A stretch of 64,000 nucleotides of DNA from the human T2T-CHM13v2.0 reference genome, Homo sapiens: NCBI RefSeq assembly GCF_009914755.1, contig NC_060931.1; one strand, written 5' to 3'. A program made the position numbers and the translations under genes. A model generated the notes under the pieces. It worked only from the letters and a program-made list of their open reading frames with translations. It searched no databases and had not been told where the DNA came from. Shown one piece after another: positions 1 through 14,657 of the stretch (position 1 is its first letter; every line of letters begins with the position of its first letter).

Positions 1-153
1 GATTAATTCAAGGTCCGTTGTTTGGTAATCTAATCATGGCTTGGCATCCAACACATTCACAGGCCCCACCTGCACCTAGTGGAAGGGGATTATACAGAGT
101 GTGTACACAGGGGGCAGGAATCTTGAGGACCATCTCAGAATTCTCTCTACCAC
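1..153 (-). mobile_element. MaLR LTR fragment (MLT1E-like)
   Basis: Reverse complement begins TGTGGTAGAGAGAATTCTGAGATGGTCCTCAAGATTCC, resembling an MLT1 5' end. Confidence 0.6.
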
Positions 154-923
154 ATTTATTATCCTTCAGTGCCAACCCCACACCAGATGAAAAGTTTCAC
201 TTTGCTTCCTCTTCAGAGAAGTCCATCACTATAACGTAATCCGTAGATTTTCTGCCAGAACAATAACTGGTGTGAGTTGGGCTTTGAGTGTGCAGTCTAG
301 CATGCATAAAGGAGTATATTTAAGCTGACCCACAACCCTGGATTGTATTCCATTTTTGCAGTATCATTATCCAGTTACCACAGGAAGTTGCCATTCATTC
401 ATTTTCTCATTTATCAATGTGCTCAGTTCACATCACGTGTGGTTTCTGTGTACCAAGCTTTTCTGTGTTTTAGAGACATTACTGGCAATTGTAAGAGAGA
501 AGCTGAAGACAGGGAGACCAGTTAGGAAGTAATTACAAGGACAAGGAATGACAAGAGCCATACCTAGACCAGTGGAAGTAAAGAGGAAAGAATGGACTCT
601 AGAGTGAGGAAGAAAATTTAGACTTACTGACTGATTGGATATGGGCTCCTGAAGTTTGACCAAGGTTGACCAAGATATACAGATGAGGAGCATCACTGAA
701 GATGACAGTTTATCAACAAAGCACGTGCAGAAGGCAAAGTTAGAATAATAGCTCTTTTCTTCCTTCTGTGTTCTGGGCACTCTAAAGTAGGCACAAGAAG
801 GTCAGTTACATTGCTTATGATCACACAGCAGATTTTGTTCTTAGCTTCCAGTCTGTTCATCCAATCCTATGCTTTCTTTATAGGTGTTTAAGTGAATCAT
901 CTCCAGAAGTAAAAGATGGGAGA

Positions 924-1107
924 TATACATATGGATATAAATATAGATATGGATACAGACATAGACAGAATACATATATGTGTAATATATGTATGTGTAT
1001 ATGTATGTATACAAATACGTACAGATATATAATATACAAATATATAATATACAAATTTTACATATAATATACAATTATATGCATATTACATATTTAAATA
1101 CATACAC
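924..1107. repeat. AT-rich degenerate (TA/CA) low-complexity tract
   Basis: Visible runs of ATAT/ATAC. Confidence 0.85.
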
Positions 1108-1319
1108 AGAGACCTTGCTTCCCATTCTACCAAACCACAACTAAATATTGATATTGGCCTAATTTGCCATAGCAGTATGTGTAAATAAAATCAATATTAT
1201 TCTGTTTTGTGGCTGAGGATTCTCATATGGAGAGAGATGGTGAAGGCTTGATCAAAATCCAGTTTATTTGCTCTTATGCAAATATTTCAAGAAGAAATAT
1301 AAACTTTCCATATATTATA

Positions 1320-1322
<3 letters not shown>

Positions 1323-1371
<49 letters not shown>

Positions 1372-1372
1372 T
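1323..1372. repeat. (TA)n microsatellite
   Basis: About 20 uninterrupted AT units. Confidence 0.97.
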
Positions 1373-2399
1373 GCAGATTCCCTGCAGTTACAAGGCTTAC
1401 GTCTCAGCAGCATGGTCTCCGGCACTTCCTCCCTAGGATAGAGTCAAACCACACACTACTGGGAGGGGCAGATCTTCTCCCATGACCAGACTCCAAGGGC
1501 ACCACTTCTTAATGTAAAACGCTGTTACATTGCTAGCGAGAAGGGGGAAGAATGCTCCTGATTCAATTCCTACTCTACTAATGGAGTTGTCTATCATTGT
1601 CCTTGACTTTAGGCAGCACTGTTTTTGAATGTCATTTTTAAACCTAATGACTAGTGCCACCTGAACTGAAAGTCACATACATTGCAAGGTTCTAAGGAAA
1701 AGTAGCTATAGTTCACATGCTCCATTTGCTTCTTGCCTGCTCTTTCTCCTCCAGGTAGAACTTTTACACAGAAAGCACCATGTCCAGTCCATTTAATTTC
1801 CATTAGTAATAAATAATGGCATTGGCTGAATGGTACCAGGCAGCCTCTTGTGAATGAAACCTGTTTTTCATTTCCCCCCTTTATATCTCGCTGCAAGAGA
1901 GGAGAGGCAAAGCTAGATGCCAGTCTAACTGATGTCATGACCTATGTCACACAGTTAAGACTAACCTTCCTCCACATCATGAGGTATCTAATCTCCACTT
2001 CTAATTGGTATTCCTGCCTTACTCTTGAATATCCTCTACCCCTTCAAACTTAACACAACCCAAATCAAATTAACTTTCCTTACCAGTTTTCCATCCTTAA
2101 CCTTTTCTGAATTTCATAAATTTGTGAGTGTGCATAAATGAATCACTATACCTCTGTTCTCACAGACTGGAGTCATTTTTTCTCATACCTCTCCCTAAAT
2201 GAAAATAGTAAGTGAAAATACTTTCTCACTCAGGTCTGAAATTTCCCACAAAGTTTTCTCCTTTTTGATTGTAGCATCACCCTCACATCCATATCCTCAT
2301 CATCTTAGCTACATTGAGGCAATAATGGATCCCCTTATTTACTCTGCCACAGCCAGTAAAACTCTTTCTACCCACGGCACAATTTTCCTTTTATAATAT

Positions 2400-3174
<775 letters not shown>

Positions 3175-3908
3175 TAGTTTCCTTGACCACTCCAATCTCT
3201 TTGACCTTCAATTACATTCACCATGAGCCATCTATTCCTGCACTTATACCGTAGAACTTGTTGAAATATCACAAGCTCTCCAGCCCTGTACAGTCTTCTA
3301 TCCTTCCATGCCCAGGCCTCTATTTCCATCATTCTGTTCCTTCATTGCTTTGGGACACTCAGTCATTCAGCCCCTCTCTGCATTCCTAGCTATGTCACTC
3401 CTCCCACATGCCCTCAATCTTGGGAATCCAGGCTCGGGAATTTGTGACCTCTTCCTCTCCCACATTCCATAGCTCTCACTGACATTTAACCAGTCCACAC
3501 TCTGCCACCCTTTTCTCCTTGCCTGCTAGTCTCCCCACCACTTTGCACTTATCTTACCTGATCTGCCTCCTCCAGGCCTGACCCATCTATGGGCCACCCC
3601 TCAGCACTGCCTCAGTGGCTTCTCTACACTGCAGATCTGAGTGTGTCATTTGCATGGTGCAGATCCTTTAGTTGCTCCCAGATGCCTTCAGGATAAGTCC
3701 AAGCTGTGGCCAGGAGGCTGTTCATGATCTGGATTCTGCATATCTATTCAGTTTCATCCACAACAAGATTCTCCAGTATGACCCAGAGGTAGTAAGCCAC
3801 TTGCAGTTCCCCAAGGGACTCATGTACTCTGTGAACTTCAGCCCCTGCCCATGGCACCCCTCTACCTGGAATGTTCCTCCCACCCCTTCTTCATCCCACC
3901 GACACTTG

Positions 3909-4467
<559 letters not shown>

Positions 4468-5050
4468 CAGTTGTTTATTTTTTAAGACTCAGTTAAAGCA
4501 TTATGTTCTCTAGGAAATCGTCTCTACCTGTCCATCAGGCTGAGCCTTTGGGAAGCCTTACTATAGCATCTTCTGCTTTGTCATTTTCTGCCTGCAGTGT
4601 AAGACTCTGAGGTCTAAAGTTGGAGGCTGTGGCCCCAGCACTCCAGCACAGAAGGGTGGTAGCTGTGTCCCAGCACCCAGCTCACAGCCAGTGCCCAAAA
4701 AGTGTTTATGAATGAATGGATACAACTTTCCCCTCCTTTATTTACCAACACTCTCCTAATCTCTGCCTAAATTGCTCATTATGCAACTGCTACCAGTTTA
4801 CATAATTGCCAATTAAATATTTCCTTTAGTTAGTTACCCTGTTTTAATTTCATTAAGTTCAATTTATAAAAGTTCTGTTTAGAGGCGATCTACCTCAGAT
4901 CTTTTCTGAAGCAAGATGGAATATAATAAGCATCTTAGTTCTATAAATGGCCTATTGAGTAAACAACACAAACAAAATAAATAACATCCTCCTATATTGC
5001 AGCACCAGTGCTAATATCTCTCTGGACGATTGAAGATGATAGGAGCACAT

Positions 5051-5163
5051 CAGTGGTTTTCAACAAGGGTGATTTTGTCTCCCCAAAGGACATGAGGCAA
5101 TGTCTGGAGACATTTTTGGCTACCATATCTAGGGGAGTGTCACTGGCATCTAATGGGTAGAGA
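5051..5163 (+). mobile_element. MER20 (hAT-Charlie) fragment
   Basis: CAGTGGTTTTCAAC...GCAATGTCTGGAGACATTTTTGG...CTGGCATCTAATGGGTAGAG. Confidence 0.75.
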
Positions 5164-5352
5164 TTCACTTCCATCTGCTTCCATTAATAAGAATGCCAAC
5201 AAAAAATAAGCTATTAAACTCAGGTTTGAAGAATGCTTTACAGATCATTGGACTAAATATTTAGGCCACAGAGGAAGATTTAGATTTGGTGTAAGAAATA
5301 CTTTCCTAACTGTAACATTATTTGATATTAAAATAGATTATTACTGAGAGAA

Positions 5353-5520
5353 CAGTGGTTCTCCACCCAGTTGCACAGTGGAGTCACCTGATAAGCTTTA
5401 AACACTACCAGTGCCCTGCTCTCTCAAGGGAGTCTAATATAGTCAAGAATGGGACCCAGTAATGGGTACTATTGTGGAAGCTTCCAGATTTTTCTGAGAA
5501 CCAAGGCTAAGACCCACTGG
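5353..5520. mobile_element. MER5-type DNA transposon relic
   Basis: CAGTGGTTTCTC...GACCCACTG termini and a TCACCTG core. Confidence 0.55.
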
Positions 5521-7555
5521 TCAAAGCAAAAGTAAGCATCCCAACATCTGCGCTTAAACAAAAGAAAGTTTACTTTTAGGCAGAAGGGTGCGTGACCCTG
5601 TAGGAATACCATATGCATCATTCTTGCTCATAGTGGCCCCAGCGGTGGGCCTTGTACAGCTGTCTTCCTGCTGTTGCTGCTCAGTTGAAAAGGCCTGACA
5701 GTTCAGTCCTAAAGTGAAGCCAAGAAAGAGAATTCAGACTCTGATGCTCTGATGAAGAAATGACCTATGGAACTTTCTTTTCTGACCCGAGTGCCAGTAG
5801 ACTTTTGTTTAGGACAGTTTCACAGCTTGTGAGAAGATGAGGAGCCATTTATTCATTGGTTGGCCCAAGCATGTGTTACAGTTGCTCTGAAAAGCTCAGA
5901 TCAAAAGGTAAAGGACAAAGATGGAAAATAGCCAGACATCAGACCCCCAAGGATGCCCAGGATTGGCTTTGTCATTTCCACACTGGTTTTCTTTCACTGG
6001 TGAAGTAAGATGCAAAGAGATAAAATTCCCAAACCAGCAGAGGGCTTAGGCAACAATACATCCTTTTTTTTAAAAAAAAACAAAAAACCTTTTGCAGATA
6101 TAGTTCACAAATTTATCTTTTAACCAAGTGGCCGTTTCTCTGGAAACAAAGAGTGTGCCTTAGTAATAGGACAATCATAGATTTTGTCTGCATACTAAGC
6201 ATTTGAAATAGGCCTACAGATTACTACAAACAGCTGTATAGGATTATTGGCCATTAAGGGCCAGCTGAAATGAGTTAGTAAACTTAAGAAAGTTCAATAA
6301 CCAGAGAGTCAAAAGGAGAAGGTGATAGTAAATCATGAGGCAGGTGGGGTCTGGATAGAATAGGAATGGAGAGGGAAGAAATTTGGTCTAACATGGCGTG
6401 GGCCTTCTTTTCCCATTCTACAGGTGAAGATGCTGAGGTTTGGAGAGGTTGTGAATAACAGAGTCCAGAACTTGGATGTGCAGAGCTAGGAATAAAGCCA
6501 AGTTTATCTCACTCCAAAGGTTCTTTAGAGGCTTGAAGTAAAGGCCAAGTCAGGGTAGCCAGGTGAAATCCATGTACTGGCTTGAGGCTCATGGGTGCAA
6601 GTAGCTGGTCCACAAACAGACAGACTTTTACATTTTCAGGACTACTCACTAGTTCTTAACAGAGCCTGACCTAGCTGGGGGTCTACATGGACTCCAGTAA
6701 CCATGGCATGGAGACAAGGGCCTGGTGGGGAGAGAGGTTGATGTCTGGGATGAAGGGATGGGTGTGTGAAGAGAGTTTAAGAAGAAAGTTCTTGTGGAGG
6801 GAGGAAAGAACCCAGAAGCTCCCACTAAGTTTCATAATATATTTTGATAAGCTAGCTTCAGTGTCCCATGTAGGCTACTGTAGGTAGAAATAGTCTCATT
6901 TTAATAAAGGTGATTACGTTTTTCCTTGTGAAAATAATAAGTGTTCATTATAGAAAGTGTGGAAAATACAGAAAAAGGAAATGGGGGAAAATATATTCTT
7001 ACTTGGTAAAACAACTGTTATAAAATCTGTTGTAATTTTTTCCAGTCTTTTTCTATTCATATAATTCATATTATTGTGATCATGAATTGTATTTGTCCTG
7101 TTTGTGTTACTTAACACTGCAAAACAAGCATTTCCCATCTTATTGGCATTTAGTGTTACATGTAATTATATATATTTATATATAAATTATTATAATTTAG
7201 AAAAGTTAAACTATTATATGTGCATATCACCTATACCTAACCTATTGTTGGGTATTTAGATTAGAAGATATATTATAATACACTCCAGAATGGAATAACT
7301 GGACCAAAGATATAGAAGTTTTAAGGACCTGAGACAATCAGCAGGGCTGGATTCTCACTTAGGAAGGCCTTTTTAGAGTAGTACCTATTCCTGGGTTGGA
7401 TTCTCAAACTTGACATGTCCATAACTCAGTTTTCTCAGTACTGGGAATGATTAGTTCTTAGGAGTTATATAGGAGTTAACTAAAACTGATTTATAATAGC
7501 AATCAGACATACCACATGGTCACTGTGGAACTCGTTAGTTCTGTTTGTCAAATAT

Positions 7556-7834
7556 TTCTGTGGTCCATCTCCCAGGCACCTTATAGGATTATACTTCCTG
7601 CTCCCTGAGGGTGGCTGGGGCCTGTGTCTAGTTCTGAGGAGCTATGTTTGGAAGTGAACACTTATTTACAGGGGGAGCTCTTTTTGCCTCTGTCACTGTA
7701 ACTGGCAATGCTTGAGAGGGTGGCTGCTCCATCAGCCCACAGTGAGAATGTGAGCAAGAAATACAACTTGAAGCCCCTGAGACTTGGAAGTTGGCTGTTA
7801 GTGCAGCATGCCCTAGCTCATCCTGACTGCCACA
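7556..7834 (+). mobile_element. MLT1 (MaLR) LTR fragment
   Basis: 3' part resembles MLT1I/J (AAGCCCCTGAGA...GCAGCAT...CCTAGC..ATCCTGACT..CACA). Confidence 0.55.
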
Positions 7835-7911
7835 AAGAAGATACTCACATTAGCATGCCCAACATATTTAATCTCTGTAAATAGAAATCAACTAAAGTTA
7901 AAAGATTGCTA

Positions 7912-8230
<319 letters not shown>

Positions 8231-8393
8231 TCATCAGAATAAAAGAAAAATATGTATTTATTTCAGGTGTTTCACAGCCCTTGATTAAGGGGACTGTAAC
8301 ATTCAATGTTAATTAAGACTTCCTCTTCCCGGGTAGTTTGGGCTGGGCAATGCCAACATTTACCTTCCCGAGTCTCCTTTTTACACTTTTAAT

Positions 8394-8783
8394 TTTCACG
8401 TGTGTTCATGTGAAGAGACCACCAAACAGGCTTTGTCTGAGCAATAAAGCTTTTTAATCACCTGGGCGCAGGCAGGCTGAGTCCGAAAAGGGAGTCAGCG
8501 AAGGGAGATATGGGTGGGGCTGTTTTACAGGATTTGGGTAGACAGTGGAAAATTATAGTCAAAGGAGGTTGTTCTCTGGCAGGCAGGGGTGGGGGTCACA
8601 AGGTGCTCAGTGGGGGAGCTTCTGAGCCAGGAGAAGGAATTTCACAAGGTAATGTCATCAGTTAAGGCAGGAACAGGCCATTTTCACTTCTTTTGTGATT
8701 TTTCAGTTACTTCAGGCCATCTGGATGTATACGTGCAGATCACAGGGGATATGATGGCTTAGCTTGGGCTCTGAGGCCTGACA
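8394..8783 (-). mobile_element. Solo HERV-H LTR (LTR7 group), antisense to HECW1
   Basis: Minus strand runs TGTCAGGCCTCAGAGCCCAAGCTAAGCCATCATATCCCC...GGTGGTCTCTTCACATGAACACACGTGAAA; 5-bp TSD TTAAT/TTCAT. Confidence 0.92.
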
Positions 8784-8849
8784 TTCATGTTGACCAAGCC
8801 AACTTCTGATGGTCACGGTCTTCCTTTAATTGGTATTGTTTTATTTTAA

Positions 8850-9061
<212 letters not shown>

Positions 9062-9099
9062 CAAATGAATACTTTAGAATCAAATGAAGTAAAATATAA

Positions 9100-9720
9100 A
9101 AGACCTGCTTTCTCCCTCCCCTACCAGCCCACTTCCTGGAGTTCAGTTTGGAGCATCCCCCTCTAGACATTTTCTCTGCAGTTCAAAGTACAAATGAAAT
9201 CCTACTCTTCGTATTCTTCTGTGCTTTGCTTTTTCACCTAGTTTCTCGGGTGTCTTTTCATGTCTGTGTATGTTGATTCACCCCTTTCTTTTTAACGAAG
9301 GCAGAGTTCTCAGTTTCAAAGATTTATCAGCCTTCACTTAACCAGTTTCCTCTTTGTAAACAGTTTTGGGTTTTTCTCCAGTCTTTTACTATTGTTAGTA
9401 ATGCTCCAATAAACATCCCTGTTAAATGTATCTTTTGCACATTTGCGCAAATTAATCCAGAAGGAAAATCTCTAAAAATATAATTCTAGGTTGAAGGAAT
9501 TTGCAGTTTAAATGCCAGTAAATATTGCCAGTTCCTTTCCCAAAGGTCAAATCAATTTGCATTCCCACCAAAACAGTGTGAGAATTCTTGTCTCTTCCCC
9601 CTCTCAAGGATCCAGGGTATTACCAAACTTCTAGAAATCTCTTCCATCATAATCATGAAAAACCATATTGCATTGTTTATTTAAAGTACATTTTCTTAAT
9701 TACAGGTGAGTTTGTGCTTG
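9100..9720 (-). mobile_element. Ancient L1M fragment
   Basis: Motifs such as AATTTGCATTCCCACC and AATAAACATCCCTG, typical of the L1 ORF2 3' end in reverse. Confidence 0.55.
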
Positions 9721-10031
9721 TTCTTTCTTAAAGTATGATAATACCTTCAATCAAGTATGATGAGGCTTTGGTGGCATTCTTTCTCTTTAAAGCATGCTGA
9801 TTTTACTGCTTGAATCTCAAAGAATAAGCCTATTTTTAAGCCCTGCAGAAGCATCTTGTCGCTGCCCCTCATTTACTGAATAAACAGGTTCACAACATTT
9901 CTGAGACCCTTTATATATAGGTATATTATAGCTAGGATGTTTTACAGTGACAGCATCAAGGCAGATGGACTGGGAATTGACCAGCCCTCCAACCTCTCAG
10001 TTAATTGATGTGACATATTCTTTCATTGCAG

Positions 10032-10174
10032 CAATTCAGTTTTGTGTCCTTGCCCACTGACGTGCTGGAAATTGAGGTGAAGGACAAGTTTGCCAAGAGC
10101 CGCCCCATCATCAAGCGCTTCTTGGGAAAGCTGTCGATGCCCGTTCAAAGACTCCTGGAGAGACACGCCATAGG
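10032..10174 (+). CDS. HECW1: HECW1 coding exon (143 nt), C2 domain: [48 protein letters not shown]
   Basis: Acceptor tttcattgcAG at 10030-31, donor GTaaac at 10175; open frame; phase 0 to phase 2. Confidence 0.96.
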
Positions 10175-12003
10175 GTAAACCTGTGACTGAGATCTTACTA
10201 TCACTAGGTTCCCACCAACAGGTCGTGCCCAAAGGTGGCCTGTAGGCTGCAATAGTATAGTCTCACAGAGAGTCAAAATGGTATCATTATATTTCCTTTG
10301 TTTTTCCTACTAATTATGTTGCCTGAGCCAACATAAGTGTTTGTTATATTAAACAAACCCATCCCTTTTCACTTGATGTGTAACACTGGTTACTTACCCA
10401 AGAGAGTAAAAAATCCTATTAAAAATATTAAACAGTATTAAAAGAAGCCCTCAATGGGGCATTTTTCTGTACAGGTAGAAACTAAAGTTTGTTTTACTAT
10501 GAAGAATATTATTTCATTCATATGCCAGTCTGGTATGTAAGATTTAATCATATGTGACATTTCCATAACAAGATGGAATACTGGGTAACTACTGTAGAGT
10601 TTCTTACTTAGAAGACACTAGTATCTGCAGATGCTAGATAACATGGATAAGAATTTGAAAGCATGATTCTCATGGAATGACAGCAGTTAAGATGCTCACA
10701 GAATTCAATTGTATATGAGAATGGGTTTCTGTTTTGTCTCTTTTACATTCATGTCCACTCATGGTTCTCATTAAAGTGGACTATGACCAGATAACAGCCC
10801 TATGTATAATATGTATTTCTTTAGGTAACAGGGACTACATTTGAAAACACTAAATAAAGCTTTCTATTGATAAACATATACTTATATACAATGTAACCCT
10901 TACAAAGATAGCAAAAGAATGAGAAAAAAATATGCAGAATTTCCAAGTGTCTTAATTTAAAGTTCTTTGGATTATCAGAAGGACTTTGGAATCACGGATA
11001 ATTATCATAAAGACATTTATTATTAATTGGAACCTTATGGTGTGTAGGCAGCAGGGTGCACAGAGACCTGCCACTAACTCTCCAGCCAAAGGGAGCTGAG
11101 TTTATGGAGCTGCAGTCACGTGTCACATGCAGTGTTTGCACTTGCCATTCATGGTTGTGAGGATTAAACAGACAAAAAGTGTACATAAAGAACCTAGCAC
11201 GGCCACTGGCACGTAGTAGGAACACAAAAGAAAATGGTATTCCTTGTGATCTTTTTTATTTCATTTAGTCCTCATAATGCTTCTGTGACAGCATTATCAC
11301 CATTCCTGCACGAGGAAACAAGGCTTCAAAAGGATCAATAATTATGTAAACCCAAGGCTTGTGGGTGGCAGAGATCCGGCCGGAATTCAGACTCACACCT
11401 GTGTCTCTCCAAAGTCCGAGGGCCATCCCCACACAACAGGCTTCTCTCAGGGTTCCTAGGACTGATTCTGTAGTTTATTGTGGGCCATGCTTTTCATTTC
11501 TCTCCTTCTCTGCCCTACTGGCTGCTCTCACAGCTGTTAGCACCTCTGCCAGGGGGTGGGCTGGAGAACAAAAACAGGGGCTGTGTGGGATTCTTTCTAC
11601 CCCAGCACCCAGTGCACTGCCGCCCAGCATGCATTAGATAGATACCAGTTCGTACGTAAGGAACAGAACTTCTCTCTCCAGCTCGCTGCAGCCGCAGAGC
11701 CCCTCTGCCCTCCCATGCTGAGTTCTCTCCTAAGTCCAAGCTGCCGGCTCCTATCTTCTTAGCACTGTCCCGCCCTCCAAGCCTCCCACTGTGGAAAGGC
11801 ACATCCCCAGCTGAAAGCAAGTACCTGAGGTGGAAAAGGGTGTCCCCGACCAAAAGAAGGTTAGCTATGATTTTCCCAGTGTTCTTGCCACCCAGGGAAA
11901 TGGAGAGCACAGATCGAGTGTGATTGAGCTTACACCTCTCCAAGAGGCAACAACAGCAAGCCATGGAGGCGTTTTTCCTCCCACCCTCTTTGATGGGATG
12001 ATA

Positions 12004-12023
12004 GACTGCCCCCTGGTGGCGGC
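12004..12023 (-). promoter_or_regulatory. Predicted CTCF binding site
   Basis: Minus strand CCGCCACCAGGGGGCAG fits the CTCF core CCASYAGRKGGCRS. Confidence 0.7.
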
Positions 12024-13605
12024 GCAGAGCAGCTCCTCCTCCAAAGCCTTCTGCTTCCACAGCCCCTGGGGGCCACTTCTGCAGTGCTGCCTCCTCCGGA
12101 GGTGCCCCACCGTGGTTAGGAGCAGAGTGTTGGGGTGATGGCCATGGAAGCAGTGGCCATGCAGCCTGAGCCATGGCAGAACCCCAGAGTGCACCCACAA
12201 CAAAAGTGAATCCACTTTGCACCGCAGCTTCCCTCTGCCCTCAGCACATGCTCTCCCCATAAAGCCCCCTGCATCCGTGGTTTCTGAAACGTTTGGCTCC
12301 ACCTGTACTGGCTGCCTCCCTGCCCTGAGATATTTGCACCTTTCCCCCCTGGGCACACATGCACTCTCATTTCCAATCCTCCTTCGATTCCTTGGCCTGT
12401 AAAATCCCAGGCTTCTGTTGGCTGTCTGCCTGTAACTCTAACCATCTCACCTTCGCATTGAAGTGTCACTGGCTGTCTTGAACCATTATTTAGTGGTCCT
12501 ACCTTATGCCCCCAGCTGGACATAAGCTATTTAAAGGCAGGGGCGATGTATGACATGCTTTGTATCAACTGCAGCACCTTTCACATGGCAGGGGCTCAAA
12601 AAATATTTGTTAAGTGGGTGAAAAGCAAAAAAAAGAAAAGCCCTGAAAGTAAATGCAAAGCATAATAAATGTAATTTTTGTGCCACTGTCTGATTGTCTT
12701 TAGGCCTCCCCTGATTTCAATTAAGTTTTGGGTTCGGGATGTCTTTGTTATGGTCATAATAGACCTACTTCATAATATTGACCAAAGGCTCTTTCTAAAC
12801 AGACAAAATACTGAAGCTCATCCTATTTTTTTCTGCACATAATGCTTTACTTAATGGACTTCTGAGGAACTCCAAACACTAAATCATGGCTTATCAAAGA
12901 ACAATTTTTAAGTCAGGGGCTTGTTGGGATATAGGTTGTCTCATAATGCCAGTGTTTTCTAGAAAGAAACATTAAAACACTATCAGCCAGTGATTTATCT
13001 TTTTATTTTCATGTCACAAACTAATAAATGGAATAAATACAGAGTCATCTGAGTAACAACTGGTTTGGGGCTATGTGTTTGTTATTACTGGGTACCCTGG
13101 GTTTGTTAACTCCTGAATATCCAAAGGTGGTCACTCTTCCTATTTAGGCCCAGGTAAGGGGCAATTTACTCTGCTGAAGCTGCATTGTTAATGAAAATAT
13201 AATAGCAAAGTTTCAGGTTGATTGCCTCTAGAAAGTTTTCTTTTTATAATTAAGAAATTGCTTTGAGGGGGTGGAGGGGATGGCATGAAAATCCAGGGTG
13301 GAGACTTGGGGTCCCTACATGTGGAGCCCTGCAATTGGTGTTAAGTGGAACTCACAAGCCAAAGAATTCAGCCCACGAGTCTTGCTCTGCTCCATCCTGG
13401 AGCAGGTGCCATTCTGTAGCGCCCACAGACTCTCCAGTAACCATGACAGCATCCTTTCTTAGACATTACATATATACCACAAGATATGCATCTGCTGGCA
13501 CTGTCCATCGTTGAGGACATATTTGGAAAATGGCAATCTGCACAGGAAAAGCAGGCCAAGGACATCCGTGTCTTTTTTTATTCTCTCTCTCTCTGTTTTA
13601 GAACA

Positions 13606-13930
13606 CAGGTTGGCAAACTTTTTTGTACAGGGCCAGGTAGTAAATATTTTAGGCTTTGCAAGGCCCACAGTCCCTGTCTAAATTACTCAACTCTACCAAT
13701 ATAGCATGAAAGTTGCCACAGATAATACGTAAGCTAACAAGCATGGCCGTGCTCCAATAAAACTTTATTTATGGACACTGAAATTTGAATTTCATATAAT
13801 TTTCACATGCTACAAAATGTTACTCTTCTTTTATTTCTTTTTCCAACAATTTAAAATGTAAAAAGCTCACAACCACACAAAAACGGGTGGTGGGCCACAT
13901 TTAGCCCACAGGCTGTAATTTGCCTACCCT
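13606..13930 (+). mobile_element. MER58B (hAT-Charlie)
   Basis: CAGGTTGGCAAACT...GGGCCAGGTAGTAAATATTTTAGGCTTTG...CCAATAAAACTTTATTTATGGACACTGAAATTTGAATTTCAT. Confidence 0.8.
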
Positions 13931-13947
13931 ACCCCTGCTTTAGAATA

Positions 13948-14398
13948 CAGACAGTCCGTTCAACTTAACCATTTTTTGCTTTACAATGAATTCAGCAGAA
14001 ACCATACATCGAATTTTGAATTTTGAATTTTGATCTTTTCCTTGGCTAGCGATACACAACACGATACTTTCGTGAAGCTGGCAGCAGCAGCAAGCCATAG
14101 CTCCCAGTCAGCCATGTGATCACAGGGTAAACAAGTGATACTGTACTCTACAGTAGACTGTATTCAATAAATTACATGAGATATCCAATACTTTATTATA
14201 AAATAGTTTTGTTTTTGTGTTACATGATTTTGCATACTTGTAGGCTAATGTAAGTGTTCCAAGCACTTTTAAGGTAGTCTAGGCTAAGCTATGATGTTTG
14301 GCAGGCTAAATGTATTAAATGCATTTTTGAATTGCCAGTATTTTCAACTTTTGATGAGTTTATTGGGTCATAATCCATGGTAGTTCAAGGGGCATCTG
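13948..14398 (+). mobile_element. MER47/Tigger5-family DNA transposon
   Basis: TA-flanked CAG...CATCTG; internal CTCCCAGTCAGCCA and AGGCTAATGTAAGTGTT motifs. Confidence 0.72.
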
Positions 14399-14556
14399 TA
14401 TTCGATAAGGACTTCCTTACAGTTTTGTATTGCTGTTGAGCACATCAGGACTTCCCTGGGCTTGCCTGCCTCACCCACTGGTATAGAAAGCACACTGCAT
14501 GGTCATTAGGAAGAGAGGTATTGACCAGAACTGTGATGGTGCTTATTTCCTTCTAG

Positions 14557-14657
14557 GGATAGGGTGGTCAGCTACACACTTGGCCGCAGGCTTCCAACAG
14601 ATCATGTGAGTGGACAGCTGCAATTCCGATTTGAGATCACTTCCTCCATCCACCCAG
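14557..14657 (+). CDS. HECW1: HECW1 coding exon (101 nt), end of C2 domain: [33 protein letters not shown]
   Basis: Acceptor ttccttctAG at 14555-56, donor GTattt at 14658; phase 2 to phase 1 fits both neighbours. Confidence 0.96.
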
